NCBI GenBank assembly: GCA_964573695.1
Contig: CAZNKB010000001.1
Coordinates: 132,497 to 196,496, forward strand
DNA: 64,000 nucleotides
DNA from: an uncultured Gammaproteobacteria bacterium
GTDB lineage: Bacteria; Patescibacteriota; Microgenomatia; UBA10105; UBA927
Direction: 5' to 3'
The translations under genes and the position numbers were made by a program. Below the pieces are notes generated by a model. It searched no databases, was not told where the DNA came from, and saw only the letters and a list, made by a program, of their open reading frames with translations. The first letter of the stretch is position 1. The number at the start of each line of letters is the position of its first letter. Below, in pieces: positions 41,427 through 49,381 of the stretch.

Positions 41427-41925
41427 TAATTTGTGCCTCCTCACGGCACCACGGAGAATATGGGGCCGGATTGGCATCCAGTTGGCCTAAAAATTCTACC
41501 CAGTCTATCCATTTCCAATCGTCCGTTTCTTCGGGATTTGGTTTGGGATTACCGTCATAATGCCCGATGATAATCGGACATATTTCGTTTTCGACGATAC
41601 CGTTTACATCAGCGAAACGATACTTGTACGGAGATAATTCGGTAAGCGTTACCCCATGAATTCCCAATTCCTCCGAAAGTCTCCGCGTCGCCGCGCCTAG
41701 AGGAGTTTCGTTTGGTTGGAGATGTCCGCACACCGTGTTTGTCCACACGCCGGGAAATGTTTTTTTGGCAGACGCACGCTTGGTCAGGAGCAACTCCCCG
41801 CGTGAATTAAATAAAAACAATGAAAATGCCCGATGAAGCGGCGTATCTGTCGTATGAACCGTGTCTTTATCAGACACTCCGATCGGGTTATTCTCTTCGT
41901 CTACCAGTACAACAAGTTCTGACAT
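41386..41925 (-). CDS. idi: Isopentenyl-diphosphate delta-isomerase, type I
   Basis: LHRAFS, WTNTVCGH, RRLSEELG, ENEICP and SPW motifs. Confidence 0.93.
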   Translation of the reverse strand: MSELVVLVDEENNPIGVSDKDTVHTTDTPLHRAFSLFLFNSRGELLLTKRASAKKTFPGVWTNTVCGHLQPNETPLGAATRRLSEELGIHGVTLTELSPYKYRFADVNGIVENEICPIIIGHYDGNPKPNPEETDDWKWIDWVEFLGQLDANPAPYSPWCREEAQIIRRKLPQIGRDAQ

Positions 41926-41936
41926 TGTTAAATAAA

Positions 41937-42101
41937 TTATAGCAGGCACGTAAGTTATTTTGGGTGGGACTACCTTGTAAGTGGGACCGCTTGGAATCGG
42001 ACCAAGTACATCGATCTTATAGCAGGCACGTAAGTTATTTTGGGTGGGACTACCTTGTAAGTGGGACCGCTTGGAATCGGACCAAGTACATCGATCTTAT
42101 A
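41937..42101. repeat. Exact 80-bp tandem duplication containing the tRNA 3' half and trailer
   Basis: ttatagcaggcacg...catcgatc at 41937-42016 is repeated at 42017-42096, followed by ttata. Confidence 0.95.
41982..42021 (-). pseudogene. Isolated 3' half of tRNA-Ile(UAU)
   Basis: TATAAGATCG...GCGGTCCCA, identical to positions 34-73 of the full tRNA. Confidence 0.85.
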
Positions 42102-42133
42102 AGGATCGCGTTCTACCAATGAACTACGGTCCC
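42062..42133 (-). tRNA. tRNA-Ile, anticodon UAU (CCA not encoded)
   Basis: Cloverleaf: acceptor GGGACCG/CGGTCCC, D arm GTTC/GAAC, anticodon arm CGATC-CTTATAA-GATCG, T arm CTTGG-TCCGATT-CCAAG, discriminator A. Confidence 0.92.
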
Positions 42134-42216
42134 CTACACTTTACACCCAAAATATTAATGTTCGTGCCTGATATATCGAAAACATCAATAGTAGAATCTA
42201 CAATGGTTGTTTTCGC

Positions 42217-42252
42217 TATAAGGATCGCGTTCTACCAATGAACTACGGTCCC
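42217..42252 (-). pseudogene. Isolated 5' half of tRNA-Ile(UAU)
   Basis: GGGACCGTAGTTCATTGGTAGAACGCGATCCTTATA, identical to the full tRNA through position 37. Confidence 0.85.
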
Positions 42253-42344
42253 CACAAAATTCACCAAAACGATAACGTTGCCTGACAACGGAAACTATTA
42301 CCCTAACGGTATAGATTGTATCAAAGCTGCAAGACGCGTGCTAC

Positions 42345-43742
42345 TTACGCCTGAAGAAGTTCTTCCATGCGGGCCTCTATTTCATAGGAGCGTTTCTTGG
42401 TTTTGGCAAATATGATAAAAGAAAATTTCTGCATACGCAGTAAATTTTCTGACGTCAGGATGACACCCTCTTTGGTTTCTTTGTTATACAGTATAGGTAA
42501 AAGACGGTCGAACAGCTGTGAAAAAGTAAGCCGTTTGAGATGTGGAACCATATATCCGTTATTGGAAAAAAGATATGTATCGAACATAAAGTTCTCACCG
42601 AACAACGCAACTGCCGTCGCGTAGACGAAGGTTCCGCCGGTACTCCGCACGTTACTCTCTGCGACATAGATGTCTCCGTTTCTCCCCGCGACACAGTCGA
42701 CATCAAAATATCCGCGGTATCCAGCCTGCGCAAATCTCTCTGCTATGTAAAAACCGGTATCCTTTATCTGTGCGGCCACCCTCTCCGGCATAATATCATC
42801 GCCTACCTCAATACCATGAAACTGCCCGCTTTTGTCTACAAGGACGCCACAATGATACAGAAAATCTATATGTCCGTTCCTCGAAATTTTAAATTCGACA
42901 TTGGGGTTTCCTCCGGCGACGCTCATGCTTACCGGTATGAGTTTTTCTATGATAATCGGGAATTGCTGCCAATAGGCATCTTTTTTCAAAAGGTCGAATA
43001 TTTTTTCCTGGCACGCATGAAATTCCACGGGTAAATCCCCGGGTCGAAATATCTCTACCCCAAGACCCGAATGACCTTTATTCGTCTTGATGACGACGCC
43101 CTGCTCTTTTATGTACCTAATAGCGGCAATTTTTGCAGCGTCCTCTATCCCGAAACAGATAACGCCGTCTGCCATTTTGAAATCCGGCTCCTCATTGCTG
43201 CTTTGTTGGGCAAGTTGTCTGATACCCGATTTACTGCCAAAAAAATTTACCGTCCATGCGTCCTCTTCATCCGGGGCGTCGGGCGTAAAGACGGTCAGTC
43301 CTTTTTCACGAAGCGAATGCACCAAATGAAGGAACGGCTGGCTCGCTGAGTAGCTGGTCAGCGTAAGTTTTTTTGTTGAGTTTGCCGCTTCAATAAGCGC
43401 GTTCATGATAGAAGGATCGTGGAGAATATCCTCACAAATAACGCCGCTATGTTGGCCGGTCGTTAACACGGTGAGCTTAGAGTCAGGAAACAACGAGCGA
43501 AAATATGCCAGAAACCGATCGCTCACACTTTGTGGTGTGATATAGAGAACCTCATCTTTTTCCCCGGCGAACTGAAACATCCGTGAGTCGCCCAAGTATC
43601 CGTTCTCAACAATTTCCGCACTCCGGGCGTCTGCGTTAGACATCGCAGAGATAAATGGCCACACGTCCTCAGACATGTTGAATATATATACGAGGACGTT
43701 ATGCTTTTTCTCCGGAACAATTTCTGCTGTCGATCCGTTCAT
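42345..43742 (-). CDS. ATP-grasp ligase with preATP-grasp N-terminal domain
   Basis: SKSGIR, VVIKTNKGHSGLGV, IIEK, GYFDVD and ESNVRSTGG ATP-grasp motifs. Confidence 0.75.
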   Translation of the reverse strand: MNGSTAEIVPEKKHNVLVYIFNMSEDVWPFISAMSNADARSAEIVENGYLGDSRMFQFAGEKDEVLYITPQSVSDRFLAYFRSLFPDSKLTVLTTGQHSGVICEDILHDPSIMNALIEAANSTKKLTLTSYSASQPFLHLVHSLREKGLTVFTPDAPDEEDAWTVNFFGSKSGIRQLAQQSSNEEPDFKMADGVICFGIEDAAKIAAIRYIKEQGVVIKTNKGHSGLGVEIFRPGDLPVEFHACQEKIFDLLKKDAYWQQFPIIIEKLIPVSMSVAGGNPNVEFKISRNGHIDFLYHCGVLVDKSGQFHGIEVGDDIMPERVAAQIKDTGFYIAERFAQAGYRGYFDVDCVAGRNGDIYVAESNVRSTGGTFVYATAVALFGENFMFDTYLFSNNGYMVPHLKRLTFSQLFDRLLPILYNKETKEGVILTSENLLRMQKFSFIIFAKTKKRSYEIEARMEELLQA

Positions 43743-43847
43743 GAAATGAAAAATCTACTACAATAGTACCCCTGATTCGTATACGGGATTTACAGAGCAT
43801 TACATGTTTTTTTTGTGTTGTAAAGAGAGGAGTTGTGGAAACAAATT

Positions 43848-46196
43848 TTATAATCTCGCCCGCTCCTGAATTTCCGCCTCAATAAGTTCGCGGGCTTGAC
43901 CGTATTTCAATCGGGAGAGTTGAATAATCGCTTTGGCGACTTCCTTGTTTTGCTCAGCGGAAACAACCTTCATGTCTTTCGACAGATCGATACTAAACGG
44001 TTTGACTGGTTCATTATGTACGATTGTTTTGATATACGCATTGTATTTATCAATATTGATGAGATCAATTTCATTAAACGTCGGCTGATATTCATGCTGA
44101 AGATAATTCGCGTCCGTTACTCCAACACGGAATGTGATAAGCGTACCGACGTTTCCGAAAACGGCGTTTTTCACCTCTTCTTCCATTTGTCCGATAAATT
44201 GGTTGGCGACGGTAAGACTAAGTCGATATTTCCGCGCTTCGGAAAGGATTTGCGCGAAATCCGGAGTGGCGAAATTTTGGAACTCGTCGACGTAGAGATA
44301 AAAATCGCGCCGCTTATCTTCGGATACGTCCTGTCTGCTCATCGCGGCAATCAGTATCCTGGGAACCAGAATCAACCCCAAAAAATTACTATTCTCTTCT
44401 CCTAATTTACCCTTGGAAAGATTAACCAGTAATATTTTCCCTTCGTCCATAACTTTCCTGAAATTAAAACTCGACTGCGATTGCCCGATAATATTACGCA
44501 TGAGCTTATTCGTGACGAAGCGTCCGAATTTGGAAACAATGTAATCAAGAACCTCTGATTTATGGAAATCCGCCGTCTGGGCGATTTGATCCGTCCAATA
44601 ACGACGGATGATCGGATCCTGTACTTTGGGCAATAATTCCTGGACAAAGTTACTGTCGGTAAGGATGCGCACTACCTCGATAAACGTGCTTCCCGGTTCG
44701 CTCATTACCGTCAACATGGCGTTTCTGACTGCGTGTTCGAACCGCGGCCCGATAATGCCCGTTTTCTGCGGATCATACAACTTATACATAAGTCCCACGA
44801 TAGATGTCACGACAAAATGTTTCTGCTCCTCCGTTTCCGCCTCCAACATATTGAGTCCCATAGGCCGTTCGGTATCCGAAGGATCAAAATAAATCACATC
44901 CTCCGCACGATCGGCCGGAATACGAGCAAGTATTCCGTCGATCAAATCCCCGTGCGGATCAATGACGGCAAGCCCTTTGCCGGCCTTGATATCCTGAATG
45001 ACGAGCTCTTCAAGGAGTTGCGATTTACCCGTACCCGTTTTTCCAATGACGTACATATGACGACGGCGATCCTCATCACCTATATATATCGGACGATCCA
45101 TACCCCTATATCTGGATATACCGATGAACTGACCGCTGGAAGCTATCTGCATCGGTGCCGGCGCGCGCTTGGCATTCAGCCAAAAAATATGGGGTGTTTC
45201 GACTGATTTATTCGGGAGATGATAAATGGTAGCTAACTCATCGCTGTTGAGCACCCCGTATTGTTTGAAAAATGGCAGATTCACCATGGGAAAATACCGG
45301 TAAATAAAATCGATCATAAAAAACTTCCTCATGGGATGTTTTACTTTCGAAAAATGATTATGATCCGAGGTAAACTGATGAAACGATGTAATGAGGTTTT
45401 CCAGATGTGCATCGGCGGCCTCTTTGGTTGTCGAGCTGACGACTAGCCGAATGACAGTGTTGAATCCAGGTTTCGAGACTTTCTGTTCAATGGATTCAAG
45501 CGTTTTCGGGTCGACCTTGAAGCTTGCTTTCTCGGGATTTGCTTCGTTTTTCTTCGTTTTGGATATGTATGATCTCCCAAGCCCCGCCCATTTGCTATCC
45601 GCCGGCTGAATAAGGATCTGAATGGCAGCCCCCTCGCCTTCGGACATTTTTGCAAGAACCGATGTCAGTGACGAAAGCGGATCTATCGGAAGATCGCGAT
45701 ATATCCGGATCGGGAGGTAATCGGAATTTTTGGGAGTAAGGGCAGCAAACGAGACTTTACCGGTTTCACTGAATATATTGTACTCATCGACGATTCTCAG
45801 ATCCGCACCGGGATATGAACCGTGTATCTGTTTTTCAATCAAATCGACAAAATGTTTGGGCGCTGCGATATAAAACCGTATATCTTCACGCTTAGCCACT
45901 ATCTCAAACGATATGTGCTCCTGTGGCTTGAGAAATGACCAAAATCCGCCATGATGAAGCGAGTGTAAACTGGCGAACATTTGTTCTGCTGCATCGATTT
46001 TTATCTCGTTGTCCCGCGGCGTCGCCACCTGAATGAGGGTATATTCCATGGAGTGTTTTTCCCGGTCACGATATTTCCACAAAATAAACAACGCGTATCC
46101 CAAAGCGGCAAACCCGATAAGACAAAACGTCAGGATTATAAGTGATATCCCCAATACTTCCAGCTGATAGGTGATGTCGGCAAATTCTAACGGCAT
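43848..46196 (-). CDS. VirD4/TraD/TrwB-like (HerA-FtsK superfamily) membrane ATPase
   Basis: N-terminal TM; RHMYVIGKTGTGKS (Walker A), IDPHGD, YVDEFQNF (Walker B), EARKY and NQ motifs. Confidence 0.88.
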   Translation of the reverse strand: MPLEFADITYQLEVLGISLIILTFCLIGFAALGYALFILWKYRDREKHSMEYTLIQVATPRDNEIKIDAAEQMFASLHSLHHGGFWSFLKPQEHISFEIVAKREDIRFYIAAPKHFVDLIEKQIHGSYPGADLRIVDEYNIFSETGKVSFAALTPKNSDYLPIRIYRDLPIDPLSSLTSVLAKMSEGEGAAIQILIQPADSKWAGLGRSYISKTKKNEANPEKASFKVDPKTLESIEQKVSKPGFNTVIRLVVSSTTKEAADAHLENLITSFHQFTSDHNHFSKVKHPMRKFFMIDFIYRYFPMVNLPFFKQYGVLNSDELATIYHLPNKSVETPHIFWLNAKRAPAPMQIASSGQFIGISRYRGMDRPIYIGDEDRRRHMYVIGKTGTGKSQLLEELVIQDIKAGKGLAVIDPHGDLIDGILARIPADRAEDVIYFDPSDTERPMGLNMLEAETEEQKHFVVTSIVGLMYKLYDPQKTGIIGPRFEHAVRNAMLTVMSEPGSTFIEVVRILTDSNFVQELLPKVQDPIIRRYWTDQIAQTADFHKSEVLDYIVSKFGRFVTNKLMRNIIGQSQSSFNFRKVMDEGKILLVNLSKGKLGEENSNFLGLILVPRILIAAMSRQDVSEDKRRDFYLYVDEFQNFATPDFAQILSEARKYRLSLTVANQFIGQMEEEVKNAVFGNVGTLITFRVGVTDANYLQHEYQPTFNEIDLINIDKYNAYIKTIVHNEPVKPFSIDLSKDMKVVSAEQNKEVAKAIIQLSRLKYGQARELIEAEIQERARL

Positions 46197-46200
46197 AACA

Positions 46201-46638
46201 TTATGATACTTTCGTTCGCACGGTTTTTCCGGAAATAGATGTGATCGTAAGGTGTACTTGTTGCAGCTGTCTCTTGCACCACTCGGCAAGCCAGCGCCAT
46301 GACGAAAGAATACTCTGATGAAGTCCTTTGGCGATTTGGTCGTCGGTAAGTGGAAGTGCTATGGTCGGCGGAGGGGCAGCTATCGCGACGGAGTCTCCCA
46401 AAGGCGCTACTCCCATACGCTCAACGATTTTGGGCAACACGACCGAATCAGAGCGCATTCTCACGCCGGCTTTGGCAACCTCGGCCGGTAGCTCGGTTTC
46501 TTTACCAAATTCCGTAATAACAGGCGATTCGACCGGTGCGGGTGAAAGCGGGGCTACTTCTTTTGCCATGCTTCCTGTTCTCGTCTGCGGAGACGGCGGC
46601 GCAGGAGTCGATGATGATGTGCTAGGCAGGGTGTCCAT
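46201..46638 (-). CDS. Hypothetical protein (Pro-rich N-terminus, WRWLAEWC motif)
   Basis: 145 aa from ATG 46638; ends 4 bp before the ATPase start; TGnTAGAAT box 7 nt upstream. Confidence 0.65.
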   Translation of the reverse strand: MDTLPSTSSSTPAPPSPQTRTGSMAKEVAPLSPAPVESPVITEFGKETELPAEVAKAGVRMRSDSVVLPKIVERMGVAPLGDSVAIAAPPPTIALPLTDDQIAKGLHQSILSSWRWLAEWCKRQLQQVHLTITSISGKTVRTKVS

Positions 46639-46651
46639 ATAATTCATTCTA

Positions 46652-48664
46652 TCATGAAGCAAAGGCAAATATGATGCCTCGCTGTGGCAAATCTCCCTTT
46701 CTTCTTTTTCGCTTGGGGCGCCCCCCGTTCGTTTGCGGCACGGCGACCTGTACTCCCGGCTGGCCGGATTCCCGAAGCAACACAAGATACCGAATTATCG
46801 CAAGCATGATCCATGGAGCTTGTACTGTTTCACCTTGTGCTCCTGTCGCCTCTGTGTCCCGTACGCTGTCACGATGCGCTTTTTTTGTTTTATTGGCATG
46901 TGGCACTTCCGACCTCGCAGGGTATGACACGATCCACGAAAGAATGAGTGCAAATATGAAGCGTCCGGTAATTATGGTCCTATGTTCCAGCGTATTCTCT
47001 TGCGCGGTAGCCACATCGGGAATTGCGATACGCCGCTTGTCTTGGTCCGAACGCGGATAAGGAGCCGGTAGCGGAAGAAAAAATAGCCGCGCAAGAACCT
47101 GCATGACTTCAACCCATTGGGGCACGTTCTTTTGGGCCGGTATGGTGTTTTTTTCAATGCCGCTATAGCGTTTGCCCTGAATGAAGGTGTCAGTGCGATG
47201 TAACTCAGGAACCGATGTCATCAAGCCTACCTTCTCACGTGGCGACCCTCCTAACACGCCATTCATCCTGGTAATAAATGCGCGCCACATGATCTCTACA
47301 GGAGACCCCGAAGATATGCGTTCTTTCTTTATGTGGTTCCGCAAAATTTCTGGCGCTCCAGATTTAAGCCTCTTCTCAATATTCTTTTCTGCTTCCCCAA
47401 GGAAGGCAAACCAATGCATCGTGGCGACAGATGCCACCGGCAATACGGGTCCGTAGGCTATCATAGTTTGTGTTATCCACCATTCGGACAATATGGATTT
47501 TGGATCAACGAGTGACGAGCTCTTCTCCGGGGAAATTACGGTTATTTTTTTCTCACCCGCAGGGGAATGTTTCCCTTCTTTTGTCACACGAAGCGAATTT
47601 TTGCTGTTCCCAGGTTCAATTCTTATTGGTTTTGTGTCAGTTTTTCGCACGTAGGGGACGCTGTTTTTCTGTTTCAGCGCTTGGATTTTATCTTCGATTT
47701 GATCGCGTACATAGGCGGCAATACGGGAGACTGAGTGGGCTGCATCAGCGATAGCAGGATTATGAGAAATCTGTTCCTGAGAGCGAACTGTTCTTGTCTC
47801 ACGCGCGTAAGATACGGTCTTATCCCCGGCGAACTGGGCTATAGCTATAGTGCGGATATCTTCGGCATAAATGGATCCCTTCGTTACAAAAAAGTGCGCA
47901 TACGAATTTGTCTCTTGTGGTCTATCTTCCTGAGTACTCTTACCATGGAACTCAGAAAGATGATGCATAAGATCTTTTGCTTCTTCCGAAGAAAAATCTT
48001 TGCCGGTCGTCGCGTATAAATCGATCTGCTGCGATATCACGTCGCCGCTTTCTGACTTTTGCCAAACCTGGACGTAGCGCACGGCATCCGGATGAGACAA
48101 CACACTCACGAACCCGTTTGACGAACCGTGTACCAATTTATCCTGCATAAGAAGCTGCGCCTCATGTTCCTGTTTGTTATACGCTTGGGGATTCCCGACG
48201 AATTCCGAATATTCTTTGGTGTGCTCCCACAGTTGTGAAAGCGTCACCATTTTTCCTCCGTACTCGGTTGCAAGCTCCACGCTTCCTGTACTTGTTTGTA
48301 TGGGGCGCCAACGCACGACGGATTCTTCGTGAGCAGCCTCTTTGTGTTCGTAGGACAAATCCTGCGCAAGACGCGCTTTAAACCGGTCGACGGCATGTTC
48401 ATGAACCTGTGCGTGACTCCAATCTGGATGTTCAAGGGCAACTTCCGGCTCTATAAAATGCATGAGGGAATATGTGGCTGCCTCAGAATTGAAACTGTGG
48501 TCCCCCCGCCAAACGGGGGCATCACCCTCTCCGTCGGTGTCTCCGATAACTTGTATACCCCGAAGTGTCATACGGTCTATATACCGTTCATGTTGCTCGG
48601 AGTCACCACGCATTTGCCGTGTAAACCGCGAAGAAATATCGTATGTCGGAGATGGTTTCTCCAT
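46652..48664 (-). CDS. Hypothetical 670-aa protein downstream of a cobalamin riboswitch
   Basis: Long ORF with SD AGGAG 5 nt upstream; His/acid-rich N-terminal domain, several C-terminal hydrophobic segments and a basic tail; no family recognised. Confidence 0.8.
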   Translation of the reverse strand: MEKPSPTYDISSRFTRQMRGDSEQHERYIDRMTLRGIQVIGDTDGEGDAPVWRGDHSFNSEAATYSLMHFIEPEVALEHPDWSHAQVHEHAVDRFKARLAQDLSYEHKEAAHEESVVRWRPIQTSTGSVELATEYGGKMVTLSQLWEHTKEYSEFVGNPQAYNKQEHEAQLLMQDKLVHGSSNGFVSVLSHPDAVRYVQVWQKSESGDVISQQIDLYATTGKDFSSEEAKDLMHHLSEFHGKSTQEDRPQETNSYAHFFVTKGSIYAEDIRTIAIAQFAGDKTVSYARETRTVRSQEQISHNPAIADAAHSVSRIAAYVRDQIEDKIQALKQKNSVPYVRKTDTKPIRIEPGNSKNSLRVTKEGKHSPAGEKKITVISPEKSSSLVDPKSILSEWWITQTMIAYGPVLPVASVATMHWFAFLGEAEKNIEKRLKSGAPEILRNHIKKERISSGSPVEIMWRAFITRMNGVLGGSPREKVGLMTSVPELHRTDTFIQGKRYSGIEKNTIPAQKNVPQWVEVMQVLARLFFLPLPAPYPRSDQDKRRIAIPDVATAQENTLEHRTIITGRFIFALILSWIVSYPARSEVPHANKTKKAHRDSVRDTEATGAQGETVQAPWIMLAIIRYLVLLRESGQPGVQVAVPQTNGGRPKRKRRKGDLPQRGIIFAFAS

Positions 48665-48775
48665 AAATGCTCCTGCTCGGGATTTGCAAGGGAGAGTTCC
48701 GGACTTTCCGCCAAGCAGCGGATTACCGTTGCGGCACAGTCGCTGAATTACACAGCGTTCCTCATGCCCTTACGT
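48665..48775 (-). ncRNA. Cobalamin riboswitch (class II / AdoCbl-variant-like)
   Basis: Minus strand GTAAGGG-CAT-GAG-GAA-CGCTG-TGTAATT-CAGCG-ACTGTGCCGCAACGGTAA-TCCGC-TGCTTG-GCGGA-AAGTCCG-GAA-CTC-T-CCCTTGC-AAATCC-CGAGCA-GGAGC. It has the B12-element core with paired stems and a possible L5/L13 kissing loop covering the RBS. Confidence 0.88.
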
Positions 48776-48785
48776 ATGCTTCTTT

Positions 48786-49337
48786 TTACTTCTTTTGCGA
48801 CGTCCGGTCAATACCTGACCAGGTTACTTCAACAATACCTGCTTCGTGATTTATAAATCTGGCGAGCATAAAAAGCAGATCCGATAACCGATTGAGATAG
48901 ATAAATATTTTCGGATCGACTTCCTGTTTTTGCCCCAATGCTACCGTTTGCCGTTCGACTCTCCGGCATACTGCCCGAGACAGGTGAATCTCGGACGCGA
49001 GTTTGGTTCCTCCCGGGAGGATAAAATTTTTGAGTTTCGGCAATGTATCATCAAGGATATCTATCCGCTCTTCCATTTCCTTGACCCGGGTAAGGATGTG
49101 CTTCAAATCCGTCGTCCAACCTGCAAGATGACTCCCTATCGTAAACAGGTCGGATTGTATTGCAGAAAGAAACGCCTGTACGTCGGGAGACTGTATGTCG
49201 CTTGCGACTTTGCCGATCCAGGAGTTCAGCTCGTCTATGGATCCGTACACATCCACAAGCTCCTCACACTTGAGTACACGCTTGCCGCCAAAAAGTGACG
49301 TAGATCCGGTATCACCGGTTTTTGTGTAGATAGGCAT
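48786..49337 (-). CDS. pduO: ATP:cob(I)alamin adenosyltransferase, PduO type
   Basis: IYTKTGDTG, YGSIDELNS, FILPGG, RAVCRRVER and YLNRLSDLLF motifs; start placed at ATG 49337. Confidence 0.94.
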   Translation of the reverse strand: MPIYTKTGDTGSTSLFGGKRVLKCEELVDVYGSIDELNSWIGKVASDIQSPDVQAFLSAIQSDLFTIGSHLAGWTTDLKHILTRVKEMEERIDILDDTLPKLKNFILPGGTKLASEIHLSRAVCRRVERQTVALGQKQEVDPKIFIYLNRLSDLLFMLARFINHEAGIVEVTWSGIDRTSQKK

Positions 49338-49381
49338 ACGTTTTTTTATCGTTCCCGATGTAACGAGCGGTGATACCACCG

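Noticed and set aside
41937-42101. 80-bp direct repeats as a CRISPR array
   Set aside because: Only two identical units with no unique spacers and no cas genes; the unit is a tRNA 3' half plus trailer.
42044-42241. 65-aa plus-strand ORF over the tRNA region
   Set aside because: Overlaps the tRNA and repeat; no coding signal.
43848-46196. Conjugative element or ICE
   Set aside because: No relaxase, integrase, VirB genes or att boundaries around the ATPase; the context is chromosomal.
48667-48849. Small plus-strand ORFs (48667-48849, 48296-48856)
   Set aside because: Antisense to the riboswitch, pduO and the 670-aa ORF; better explained by the minus-strand features.
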